Of a stretch of DNA of 64,000 bases, positions 13,928 through 25,800 are shown in pieces. This DNA comes from Bispira polyomma (taxonomy: Eukaryota), in contig OZ287752.1 in assembly GCA_965649765.1 (NCBI GenBank), forward strand, positions 26,350,001 through 26,414,000, read 5' to 3'. The translations under genes were made by a program, and so were the position numbers. The notes under the pieces were generated by a model. The model made no database searches and was not told the origin of the DNA. It saw only the letters and a program-made list of their open reading frames with translations. Each line of letters starts with the position of its first letter. The stretch's first letter is position 1.

Positions 13928-16900
13928 TCATTCTATCTCAACAAATGTTTTCGTTAGGATATTACTGTCAATCTGTAAGATCGTGTTTACTTCACTTTTA
14001 GCTGGTAAAGTTTTGGGTTGTGTATTATCAGGCTGTGTAAGGTCCCACATCTTTACCCTGCGCAGTGGAAGAGCTACCGCGGCCGCCAGTATTATTAGTA
14101 GACCAGCAATAACAAACATCAAGGTATGGCCTCCTGTCCATCTGTAAAGTAATCCTGGAAATATAGGATTATAAAAGGATTACAATAGTCCCTTCTATGC
14201 ATATATTTAAACATGGTGCTGGCAATGAGACATCACCCAGTAGGTTTAATGTTAATTTTATTAGCATTATATCACGAGGGCTTTACCAGGGGAGAAAACC
14301 AATACAGTTTAGTTTACTTTTTTTGTACTATAAACCACCGACTTTCGGCACGAATACTGCCAAAATTCCCACATGCATGTAATTATTCATTTATCTGATG
14401 CAAACCCCCTGTAATCTAAAGCTAGTACCACATTTAGATTATGTTAGAACTAATGGAAATTTATCTTGTATGAACTCCAAACATATATATAAAAAAAAAT
14501 TAACATTGTATATGGGACCATTACTTAAATAAATACCTGCAAATGGGCCACTTAATATGGTGGCTGTTCCTCGGAAGAGAGTCATAACTCCTACAGAACT
14601 TGAGATATTTTCAGCACCTATGTACTCTTGCAAGATAATTGTACTTAATGTGACTGATGCTCCTGTAATGAAAGTTAATTGTACAATGATACATTTAATG
14701 CCTTTGAGTCATATTGAAAGCCATATTAGGGGACACAGCTTTATAATAAAATCAATTTCTGAGAATACATGTACTTATCAAATAAAACTTTGTGCATCAA
14801 ATATTATTATACGAGAAGCCGCATTAAATGTAATTATACGAGAAGCCTAGCTGGCCGTAATCTTATGAAATAGTCTTACCAAAACTAAGGCCAATACAGA
14901 CAGAGTATCCACACAGTAAAGGAAATAATTGCATCCAGGGAACAACAATTGTTGGCAGGCCTCCGATTAGATAGCCAGCCACATATAGTGTACTTGTTCT
15001 GATCCAACCACAGTTGATGATGATACCAGACACCAGACGGCCCATCATGTTAGATATTCCCACAATGCTCAGTAGAATGGCACCTTTAGATCTGTGCAGG
15101 CCAAGAGATTCCACCAAGTCAGTGACAAAGATGAAGGGAACGAAGTAACCTAGAACAAAACTGGATGGTCAGTGTATACGATAAAATTGACTCTTTTTTT
15201 TGTTGTATTTGGGGGCCTCCTGACAGTCAAAACTTACAGTAATTACCACAATATTTCTTCTTCTGTAAACAATCTTATATAAAAATGCAGTTTTTGTACT
15301 CTGCTTTGACATGATTTACCCATTCTAAAGTCACTTCACTGGCTTCTTGTTTGTTATCGGTGCTTTTAAGACTGCTACAATAGTGTATAAGTTTCTTGCT
15401 TTGGGTTTGCCTAAATACTTAGAACCACACTTGTGCTACCTTCAAGTGTAATGTTAATACCAGGCTAGCTGCTCACCCCAAAAACACTCTGTCTTGTTCC
15501 AAAATACAAGTCCATCATAGACATTTGGCTAAAGAACATACCAATAAAAAAACAATTGTCAATGAACAAAATGTGGCATTATATCTACCTAACAGTCCAA
15601 AGAATCCTGTACAACTGACAAGTATGCATGCTGGCATTTTCAACACTGTAACATTTAAGAACTTTCTGCTAGACTCTTGTTTCTGATTCTGAGTAGGAGG
15701 TGGAGATCTGTATAAGAAGCCCATGACACAACAGTTCAGTAGAACTCCCGCCATTATCCACAAGGTTCCCTTCCAGAAATAGATCGTGTTCATGAGTGCA
15801 TAAAATGGGGTGAAGATAAAAGTACCTAATCCAACCCCACTGGCCACGATCCCTGTGGCAACAGCTCGATATTTCACAAAAACATGTGTGACAATGATGA
15901 AGCTTGTTACATATACCAGTCCAATGCCCGCACCTGGAATAGGATTGGACAAGAAATATATAATTCATTGTGATTTCAGAAATGTTTGTATTATAGTTAT
16001 AGTAAAGCAATTATACATTGTCAGAACAGCTTTTTTAATTCATGCTTATAATTTTCCAGAAATGATGCATAAACAAATATGTTATTAAACTAATTTGATG
16101 GTACAGCTTTGATGAACAGACATCAAAGCTTTGAATCTGTGTGACACATTTTTTTTTTAGATAAAGTATTTAAATTGTTACATAAAATTTTATAGGTGAA
16201 TACTTTCATGATAATTAGCTAGAAACCAACCATTGCGTACTTAACTCCTAGAACACTGTATGTGAGTATGACACAGTAAATGTTGGGTGAGAAGGTACTC
16301 AACACCAATCCTACACAGGCAAGTAATCCTCCTACAATTGTTGTAACTTTACAGCCCAATCTGATGGACATCATACTCGCTACTGGCCCTGCAAATACAC
16401 CTTTATGTGAACAATTCAAACTAATATATCATGTCTTCTATATCCTTGTCATCACGTCCTTACTGTGGGTCGCTGGTTTCTCTGCAGAACCTTGACCGAC
16501 TGTATGCAGTGTTTCCTCCAGCGTTTCCAACTACCCGTCCCAATATAACCTACTAAAAGGTACTAGAGTGGACGTTAAATATCCAAATTCAAATTCTTGT
16601 CATCACGATAAAGATAGTCTTGGCAAAATTACTTATCTGCTAAACTGCCGACCAACATGGTTATTAATAATCTGTACTCTAAATATTTACAACATACCAT
16701 TTACACCTGATATTGTAATGTAAGACCACATGATGTAACAATGTTTTATTCTGTCAATCACTTGTAATTAGAGATATTTGAGGACATAACAAGGGACACA
16801 CCTTGGTATAATTGCGTTAACATAAATATACATGAATGACAAAATACAATATAATTCATAAAGGACTTCTATGTATCACAATATACAATGAATCAATTTA

Positions 16901-17360
16901 ATTGTAACATAGAAACATCAGCAGTAACTATTAACTTCAGGATGATCATGTTAGAGACCACCAAGGTTCTTTAAGTTACCACTGAGAATAAACAACTATG
17001 TTTTGAGTCATATTGTATGTGCTGGTATTTTTACCATGTGTCTTACCCACAAGGCCATACTTTCCAGATGAGGATATAACTATACTCACCTATGAGTGGA
17101 CATACCCCACTGATGATAGATCCAACCCAGGCAGTCAGAGCACGATTTTCTCCATAATAATCTAACAGCTCCAGAAATAAGACACCGAAGGAGTAGATGA
17201 CTCCGCCGCTTAGAGCCTGGCAGATAAAGGCAGCAGCCAGGATCAACCAGGCCCAGCCTTTGTCTGGGGTGACATACATATAGGTGGGGGCAGTCCTTAG
17301 TATTGATGGTGTGTCTGGTATTGCCTGTCCAGGGGATGGTTCTACCACTTTTGAAGTCAT
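13928..17360 (-). CDS. Monocarboxylate transporter (SLC16/MCT family, MFS), 6 coding exons, ~460 aa
   Basis: Exons 17360-17090, 16388-16245, 15933-15589, 15149-14880, 14662-14537, 14154-13928; all introns phase 1; total 1383 nt. Motifs PDKGWAW (MCT signature), F-KYRAVATGIVASGVGLG, GYFVPF, GRLVSG. All sites are GT-AG except the exon-2 donor (TTAAGT). Acceptor at 17367-17368 implies an upstream 5'UTR exon. Confidence 0.9.
16457..16595 (+). mobile_element. 5'-truncated SINE family 1 in the MCT intron
   Basis: 3' half of the family; TSD CTTGTCATCACG at 16445-16456 and 16596-16607. Confidence 0.92.
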
Positions 17361-19216
17361 GCTAGGCTAGAGAAGAGTGTTACTAAGGTATATATGTATA
17401 TATGTTAGAGAGGAACAAAGAAATCAGAAATAATGGCATTTAGAAGATTTACCTCATAAATAATAGGATTGAGATGCCAGAAGACCTCCCTCGGCAAATA
17501 AAGTTGACACTACATCTGGGCCTTACAAAATGGTGTTAATGATGTAATTAGCAGATGATTTTTAAATATATAAACGACTCCATCATTCTTGGCCCTCACA
17601 ATGTCTTTAACCAGAGTACCAATTTCAGATAACAAGAGAAGAATCCAGCAGTCGGACATCACAAGCAATCATTTTTCATTTCAAAAACAACTCAATTCAT
17701 TGGAAAGTTCTAGCTACGTCTATGTGCAATGATTATATCTATGTAGTTTATAAAATGGCTGTTTCGTCTTTTCGGTCAATTTTTCGTCTTTATGAGAAGA
17801 AATTAGGATATCAATCGTGTCACTGCCCATGTTTGGATGATCATGTGTCCTTACTTTGTACTCTAATTTCATTCACAAAAACAACAAAAACTATCTGTCA
17901 ATGAATCAGCTGTTGAGATAACTTAATTGATTCTACAAAGACTAAAAATTGTGATGGAACCGAAGAACCGGAAATGGGCGTTAATGGACCCTTTAATTTA
18001 ATCTAACGACCCCCAAAACAGAAAAATAGCAATTTCTCTCTTATATCTAGCTATATTAACACCAAATTATTATCGAATCGCCACTAAAACACACCATATC
18101 TGTATGCCAAATATGAAAGCTGAAATCCTTGTAAATTCTGAGATTACATTGTCTTCAAATTGTTGCTATGCAAACCAAGATTTCTTGCATGATCATACAT
18201 TTGTTGACTACGTCACACAAATGTAATATTGTACTCGAGAAGTGACCCTAATCAATTGATTCACTTTATTGTAGCCATCCAGTATGTGGCTTTGTAGAAG
18301 TTGTTAAGAAATATTTCAAATTGGAATTTGCACTTGATCATGTCAATGTTAACATAATAATATCGATGGTAACATCTTGCTGGCAGAGTTATTCATGTTT
18401 CCAAAATTATATAGCAATCTGCATTTTAACAACATATTACTTTTGTATATTTTAATTTAAATAGTACATAAATATAGTTCCTATGTAGGATTACTTGTGG
18501 GACTATACATACAGTTTGCGTGTCATTTCTGTTGTAAACACGTCCACATTTTAATAAAAAGATATGCCGTTACAAAACACTAATACATGTATATGTTAAT
18601 CACTTTTATAGATAACACCTTGCCAAAAATACTTCACATCACATAATATAAGCACTTCAAATCCAGTACATATGGTACTTTTGGGTACTGTTCACCATGC
18701 GCTCCAAACAATATTTTTATGGTTCTGTATGTTCTCTGTATAAGTATAAACACACACATAATATTTCATATACATTACCAACAAATGCAGTGTCATCTAC
18801 ACCTCCTCTAAACATATGGTGTATGTTGTTACACTTCTGCATAATAAACTCTACCTATGTGCAGTTGTTGGTTTGATTTTCACTACTATATATAAATATA
18901 CAACATGATTTATATGAATAGGCTACACACCTGCTAGATTTCATGAGGATACTGACAGATTTACTAGTACGGTTTACACAGATTAAAATATTTATGCACA
19001 AAGAGACTAATTAGCCTTGCTGTTTATAATACACGTTTAAGTAATTTAATTTCATCATCCGTTATTAGGTATGCCTAATATGAAAAAAATGTGCATATAA
19101 TGGACAAAATAAGAAAATATATGTTGGTATGAAATGTAATTGCTATGTTCTGGGAAAAATTTAAAAAAAAAATAATTGAAAGATAAATATTCAAATAGTG
19201 AATGTTCCAGAGAGAC

Positions 19217-19465
19217 GGGGCCGCGGTGGCCTAGTGGTTAGCAAGCATTGCGCTTCACAATCACTGGTCTCTCACCTCTGGGCGGCGTGAGTTCGAATCC
19301 CATCGATGCCTATGTGGGAAAGGTGGTAGTTCCTTACTGTGGGCCGCTGGTTTCTCTGCAGAACCTTGACCGACTGTATCCAGTGTTTCCTCCAGCGTTT
19401 CCAACTACCCGTCCCAATTTAACCTACTAAAAGGTACTAGAGTGGACGTTAAATATCCAAATTCA
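19217..19465 (+). mobile_element. tRNA-derived SINE family 1, full length and young
   Basis: TGGCCTAGTGG A box, GTTCGAATCCC B box; perfect 16-bp TSD AATGTTCCAGAGAGAC at 19201-19216 and 19466-19481. Confidence 0.95.
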
Positions 19466-19660
19466 AATGTTCCAGAGAGACACAGGACTGTATGTATAAA
19501 ATTGATTATGTATGTCAAATAATAAATGTTATATCATGCCTTATGAAAATTGTAATACATATTTAATGTCCTATATATTGTACATGAAATGGTACATATT
19601 GCAAAATAAATAACATATATTGAAAAAAAAATATTAGGTATGCCTTTTATATTATATGAA

Positions 19661-19800
19661 GAGTGGTTAGCGAGGCATCTAATCACAGGTTGTCACCTCT
19701 GTGTGAGTTTTCCTCCCACAAGTCACAAATGCTGTGGGCCTGTCCCAATATGACCATCGCTGTTGAAAAGGACGTAAAACCCATAAATTTGACTTTGACC
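19661..19800 (+). mobile_element. Short SINE family 2
   Basis: GAGTGGTTAG head remnant, GTCCCAATATGACC...GGACGTAAAAC tail related to family 1; TSD TTATATTATATGAA at 19647-19660 and 19801-19814. Confidence 0.8.
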
Positions 19801-19883
19801 TTATATTATATGAATTAAAATATTGTGCAGGTTCTGAGGGTGGTCACTCCAGTACAGATGGGTGTAGACAACAAACCCTTAAA

Positions 19884-21900
19884 TGGTGGTTCCACTTAGG
19901 CAATTAGGTCCCCGACCTTCCCGATTTTGAGGTCCGAGGCATTTGCGTATAGGTCATGGGACCAAAACGGGGCGTACGCGTTGGTCGGGAAGAATATCAA
20001 ACATGTTTGATATTTTCCTGAAGTCCTCCAAACTACCTCCCCGGACCCCAAAATCGTATTGGTGAATACGTTCAATCATATTGTCAATACATTCTGTCAA
20101 ATAAGTCTTATCGCACTCCAGGCTGGTCCTATCATTGGCCCATTCCATCCTACTTGGATTTGGGCCTTTTGAGGTACGACAGAACAGGCCAGTAGTAGGA
20201 TCAAACTTATTGTTATTCCGATCTGACGTATTGCGCACCGATCAAACCTACTGTCACCCCATCAGAACTTGGAAACGATACGTTTTTTTACCCCCCATCG
20301 AACTGGCCAGAGTAGGACAGAACGTATTGGCTATTGGATCTGCCGGGGAAGATAAAGGATTGAATGGGGGAATCATCAATAAAACTTATAGCCGTTAGAA
20401 TCACTCCCAATGAATAGGATCGAACTGGCGCTTGTCGGGTGTTTTAGGTATAAGAATATCCTGGCTTTGTCGAACTCTTTGTATTTGGAAATTGGTGACT
20501 GGTGGTAGGTGTTGTGTCTTTTTAGTAGAAAATTTTTTATTGTTTTTAATATTCCTGTACTTAAGCTTAGGGACTATTCTTCTGTTAGGTTTTTTATATA
20601 CACAACATCAACAATGCCAAAAGGGAAGAGACTGAAGAGAAAGATGGATACCGAGAAGGAGAGGGAGAGGACTCCAAATTTTCAATGTTGGTGTGTCATC
20701 AAAGGAGCTAGAGATACGGAGAACGAAGAGGGAGCAAGTTTAACACTCAGTGAGGAGAAGGAACAGAGTGACAGAGAGGAGTCGTCGTCCCAATTCAGAG
20801 AAAAAGTTAAGAAGACCGTAATGATGATGCAAGTGATCCTGACAGAGGCAGATGAGGAATCGGTCATTGATTTTGTCAAAAGAAATGAAATGTTGTACAA
20901 CAAGTGCCATGAACAGTTTAAAAAACAAGTCGTTGAAGGAGAGGCTCTTGGACGAGTTTGGTTTCAAGGTGTCAGAAGTGAATACTTGGTTTGAGTCGCA
21001 ATGCACCCGCTTAGGCAAGCTCATGGTGAAGAAGTCAAGACAAAGAGCCCCAGATTTCACAGAGTCGTTTTTCCTTCTTGTGGTCTCACATTCTGAGGCA
21101 TGTGGAGTCGTCACCTCAACACAGGAAGTTTCCTCACAGAGACAGACAGAAATCCTCAACCTGTCCAGGTGTTCGAGCATAGGTGGAGATAGCACCGCAA
21201 AGACCAGTCTCAGAAGTAGTCACAGACCTTCTCCACCCCGTCAGGGCTCTGACATAAGCACCCAGCTGATGGAACACCTTGGACAGATGGGATGCATGAT
21301 TTCCAGCTTTGTGGTCGAGACTCAGAACCTGGTGGCAGAAGCAGAGAAGTTGGACACACACCACATCAACCTCAGAATCAACCTTAGCATCAAGTTGTAT
21401 GTGTGAATACAGCTACCCCGTCAACCTTCCAGCTGCTGGTCTTACAGGATGACCTGTAGCCACGTTCAAAACTGCAATAGTACGTGATGGATGATGTCAC
21501 AGAGACTATGAAGGTAAAACTGGTCAGCCCATCACCCAGTAAACAGTTTTCAAACCCCCCGTTGAATGCCTCCAAGTATGTTGATACAGCTCACAACACT
21601 TCCTCGATTTCCAGTTTCATCAAACGTTACAACCCAAAGTTACCCCTAGACTCATTATATGAATAGATCATGATCCCAACCCCCGGCCTGCTTACAACAC
21701 CAACCAGTGATCAGCAACAGCTTGGAATGCTCAGCCTTACACCAGTCGGTGATCAGCCTCAACAGCTCCTCACATGCAACATTCAACCAAGACAGGCAAA
21801 AATATGCTGATGTCCTTTTTGCACGTACTTTTTGGGCTTCCAGATAAAGTATGGCTACAATTTGCGCACTGGTGGCTTTTGTGTTGCGATGCACACTTCC
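19884..21900 (+). mobile_element. PIF/Harbinger-like transposon fragment with a MADF (Myb/SANT-like) gene
   Basis: GC-richer terminus with the palindrome AATATCAAACATGTTTGATATT (~19992-20013), followed by a MADF-like ORF. No transposase or second TIR found. Confidence 0.55.
20614..21406 (+). pseudogene. MADF/Myb-SANT-like DNA-binding protein, frameshifted
   Basis: MPKGKRLKRK (NLS-like)...EESVIDFVKRNEMLYNK, frameshift in the A-run at ~20920, then KNKSLKERL...VNTWFESQCTRLGKL. Confidence 0.7.
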
Positions 21901-23033
21901 TGTCTTTATATTTGTAGATATCATAGCCAAAAGGTGTTTTTCATCCTCAGTTTGTTCGAATAATCTACCAGTTATAACAAATACCGTTATTCTATAAATT
22001 GTGCCATCATAAAAATTGTTTTACACATTTTTCTTTATTTTAACATTGACTTTTTTGCAAGTCTTATAATGGTGTGGTTTTAGGTTTGGACACCAGATCT
22101 TCACACCATTTCTGTTTGACTGATAATCACAGTTTCATGTTTGTTCAAACTATTATCTATCATATCACGGTTGAATAAGTTACTCCCCAATGTTGATTTC
22201 AGTTTTAAAGGGTTTAAACAAACACCTAAATTGAGATGGATGTTTCTGCCAACTGATAACTAATAAACAACTGATCAATGGCTGATCCTATTCAGTATGG
22301 CATTACTCCACGCCATGCATGAAGGAAAAGTTAGCAGTATACCTACTGAAGGCCAGTTGTTTACAGAGCAGAAAACCTTTGCCAACTACCCTGTGTTTGA
22401 TTCTGATTGTCCTACACACTATTGAACTGGCCATCAGAATATATGACACAACATATGTTGAAAGCAAAGTTAAACCCAAACTAGAACCATACAAATCAAA
22501 AAGGTTAAATGTAAGGTTTAACTTCGATAGCCTTGGCTAGTGTGAGCTAAGGCTGCGAGTCGCAGTTTGTGAAGTGCATCGATGCATCACTTGATGCATC
22601 AAACAACCCATTTCAACCAAATAAAGTGCTGAGACAAACCTAAACTCAACTATTTTTTTGTGTTTTCCCACAAAAAAATTTAGGTGTAAAATAAATAGAA
22701 AGTTACATTTTCGTATATCTATTATTTTTATTTTTCCTAGGGGACAATATGCTTTTTGGCGCATACTAAAATTCAGCCAATAGGGAGTAAAATATAAATG
22801 AACGAGTCGCAAAGCCAGGACTCGATGCATCGCTATACTTACCACAGTCTAGTTTTTAATGCATTGACTAAACAACTAATCATCACAGCCTTAGTGTGTG
22901 GATTAGGTAAAATGACACTGCATATTTGAATGCAGTGCTGAAAGCTCTGCTACAAAGAATGGCTACAAATCAAAGCTATATACATTACACATAGAACACC
23001 AAATTAATCATGCATCCTCTAAGGTGCTGATAG

Positions 23034-23265
23034 AGGCCGCACTAGTCTAGTGGTTAGCAGCACCTGCTTCACAATCAATGGCCTCTCACCAAAGCAGATT
23101 AAAATCCTGTTCCTTTCTTCATGTGGAAAAGTTTGTCAGGTACTTGCCTGTAGGCCCGTGGTTTACAGTGTGTTTCAGCACTGGTATTCTTGAACCGTTG
23201 TACCTGGCCATTGTGATATGACCTAAGCTATTAAAAGTGACAACCCAACTAAAACCCAACTAAAT
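23034..23265 (+). mobile_element. Degenerate tRNA-derived SINE, present in each array unit
   Basis: GGCCGCACTAGTCTAGTGGTTAGCAGC...CTTCACAATCAATGGCCTCTCACC head like family 1; GATATGACCTAAGCTATTAAAAGTG tail. Confidence 0.7.
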
Positions 23266-24389
23266 TTTAAGTTTCTGGTTCTAGTCCATTAACGGGAAAC
23301 GTCGCTGTGGGAAAGAAACTTGATAGGGGGTTACAGGTGAGCATAGGTAATCTAGAAAAGGTAGGTTTCAATTGACTTCTAAAATGACATATCTTCTCAT
23401 TAGGGAACTCAGTGTGCCATACTACATCATTCTGGGGTATACTTTTGTAAGCATTCAATTTAATAGGGTTTTCAACTCTAAATTCAAATATGCAGTCAGT
23501 TTTTACTTATCTTTACTTCAGTCAGATATAATGAAAGTTCCAATATTTGTTTGTTTGAGCTTGATTCTGAGTTGGAAATGTTGCCGCTGATGTCATTAAA
23601 TATTAAGAAAATCAGAATCTATACAAAACTCATATTGGGACGAATAATAAAGTACAACTATGTATGCAAAACTCCTTTAATGCACGTTAAATTTTATTTT
23701 TTTAAATTTTTTTTCCGTAAAGATAATATGACGAAAAGTTCCCCATTGTACTATATGACAGCACTTGCCACACCAATTTCTAATAAAATCTATAATTTTT
23801 TGAGGGAAGCCCAGAATTGAGTAGTGTGGATTACAACAGTGAAACTCCTCAAAAGTGATCAATACCTAAAATATTAAGACCTCAGACTTGATGAGCCTTG
23901 GTCTTTAAGCCTACACTTACATGTATAAGATATACATCTTCTGGCATCAACCGACATCAGCCAATTGTCTTTATCCCTATAGTTACAGTGTAAGCACCTC
24001 CATGTGTCAGATGAGATCAGATGTCGTCAGAGGCTTCACATATTTTTGGTCAGGGCAAATATGGTCGATTTTGGGGTGTTTTTGTGGAATATATAATTTG
24101 GCTGATGTCATGGTAATGTAGGCTTACACTTTTAGGTGTTGTCCACTTTCATTGCAGTTTACGTGTATACTACTTTAATATGTCAAGCATAGAGCACTAT
24201 ACATGTACGTTATATAACATCTGTATGATACCAGTTAATTATTTTAAATAGTTCTCGGATAGTTTCTTGGAACATTGTGAAAACATTTAAATCAGATGGC
24301 AGAATAATAATTCAAATACAGCAAGGACTAAATAAACATTCCATATTTTGTGACTATAACTTTTAATAGTAATGTATATATATGTATAT

Positions 24390-25316
24390 TTACGACAGTT
24401 TATGTCCCATATATGACTCATAGACAATCTTGAATCGCTTTGTCACAAAGTCATAAAATTCATACTCTAGTTTTATAATGTCGTTATCCATCAGCATTTG
24501 CCTGGCTGCTGCACTCATTTTGGGGGCTTTAAACCCTGACGTATGTCTGTACTTCTCGCTTTCTTTCAGGTACATGTGTGCATCTACTGCCCCTTTAAAG
24601 TAATGTGGCAACATGGTCTCTAGTACTTCTAGAAACTCTATGTACTTTGTCACATGACCCACCACAGCGAATCCCGTCAGCACGTTCTTGATGGCCAGGT
24701 TGAGGGCATGTCTTGTTGGCGTTTGACACAGGTAGTGTTGTCCACAGAAATGAGGGATGATGGTCCAGATAAACCTGACATCAGTACACTCAGGGTCAAA
24801 GGTGAGGACACACTCGCCAAAAGGCACATTGTGTCTTCTGTGGACATCTTCGTCGTCGGCATCTTTGAAAAAGTCTCCTACTATCTGCCCATGGTAGGTG
24901 ATCTTGTTTTTGTTGTTAATTGCCCTGCGGTAGTAGTAATACGACTCCAGTCTGTCTATTGGATCTCGAATGAGGTTGATGTACACTGGATCCAGCTTAA
25001 TGCCGTAGCTTGTGAAATTGATATAGTTCAGATGCTTACAGAAAACCCAGGGCTCTTTCATTTGAAGTAGTTTGCCTGCGGTGTATTTGATACTATGTCT
25101 GTCCAGGTGATAATTTGCAGTGATATACGGTTGGGTGAAGCCCTGGGTTGTATAGAAGTTATTGGTCCGTGACACGTTATATATAACATAGCGAGTGGAT
25201 TGGCTTCCACATTTAGGAACCATGTTGTAAAATATGTGTTTCACAGACGAGTTGTACTTGTGATCCACTTTGGAGATGTCCCACTCATTATCCTTGAATC
25301 TTAGATCTGAAGGAAT
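24390..25316 (-). CDS. 2-O-sulfotransferase-like catalytic exon, gene A copy 1 (no own anchor exon)
   Basis: Acceptor TTTTGTGTTCCCTTACAG; 308 aa; YNMVPKCGS (5'-PSB), YINLIRDPIDRLES (3'-PB), IPHFCG, EYEFYDF as in HS2ST/UST. Confidence 0.85.
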   Translation of the reverse strand: MPSDLRFKDNEWDISKVDHKYNSSVKHIFYNMVPKCGSQSTRYVIYNVSRTNNFYTTQGFTQPYITANYHLDRHSIKYTAGKLLQMKEPWVFCKHLNYINFTSYGIKLDPVYINLIRDPIDRLESYYYYRRAINNKNKITYHGQIVGDFFKDADDEDVHRRHNVPFGECVLTFDPECTDVRFIWTIIPHFCGQHYLCQTPTRHALNLAIKNVLTGFAVVGHVTKYIEFLEVLETMLPHYFKGAVDAHMYLKESEKYRHTSGFKAPKMSAAARQMLMDNDIIKLEYEFYDFVTKRFKIVYESYMGHKLS

Positions 25317-25342
25317 CTGTAAGGGAACACAAAACATGTATT

Positions 25343-25346
<4 letters not shown>

Positions 25347-25410
<64 letters not shown>
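25347..25410. repeat. (TA)32 microsatellite; (TA)25 at 28751, (TA)26 at 32141, interrupted at 35533
   Basis: Read directly; the length differences account for the unit-length differences. Confidence 0.97.
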
Positions 25411-25416
<6 letters not shown>

Positions 25417-25480
25417 GTTGATTTATATAAGGATACAGTTTTTATACTTTATTGGCAATGCCTAAAATGTACCTAGCAAA

Positions 25481-25800
25481 TTCCTATAGCTGACTCTGCT
25501 GGGAGTCAGCTCAGTCAAAACGAAAAATCCCGACACAACCAAAGCCGACTCCCCTTTATGACACACACCAATATATGTATGTCACACACCAATATATGTA
25601 TGTAACACACCAATATATGTATGTCACACACCTGCACAACAATCGAGCTTCCGCCCATTGTCTTCATCACAAAAGTACTAATGAAATTTAAATTTATAGA
25701 AAGCTCAATTTCTCAGCGACTGCTGGTCAGAGCCTATATCACTCTTGAAAGTTTAGAAAAGCCACTTTTACTACAAAACAGTATTACTTACTGCAATTGA
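25481..25800. mobile_element. Helentron-associated (HINE/DINE-like) non-autonomous element fragment, in each unit
   Basis: Terminal hairpin AGCTGACTC-tgctgg-GAGTCAGCT (25488-25511), then three ~21-22-bp repeats CACACACCAATATATGTATGT (25561-25632). Confidence 0.45.

Noticed and set aside
19217-19305. tRNA genes at the SINE heads (also 3944-4010 and 38734)
   Set aside because: A and B boxes are present but there is no clean cloverleaf; most continue into SINE bodies with TSDs.
22537-22851. CTAG-bounded segment with GATGCATC motifs near both ends
   Set aside because: Probably a decayed non-autonomous transposon, but I could not establish TIRs or a TSD.
23267-24121. Short ORFs repeated in each array unit
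   Set aside because: AT-rich, no recognisable motifs; they recur only because the DNA is duplicated.
24654-25070. Recurring plus-strand ORFs antisense to the sulfotransferase exons (also 40714, 45391, 51445, 62058)
   Set aside because: They mirror the conserved sense exon, vary in start and end between paralogues and show no independent motif.
25561-25632. Short direct repeats here and the 54-bp repeats at 38166-38655 as a CRISPR array
   Set aside because: No unique spacers, no cas genes, eukaryotic context.
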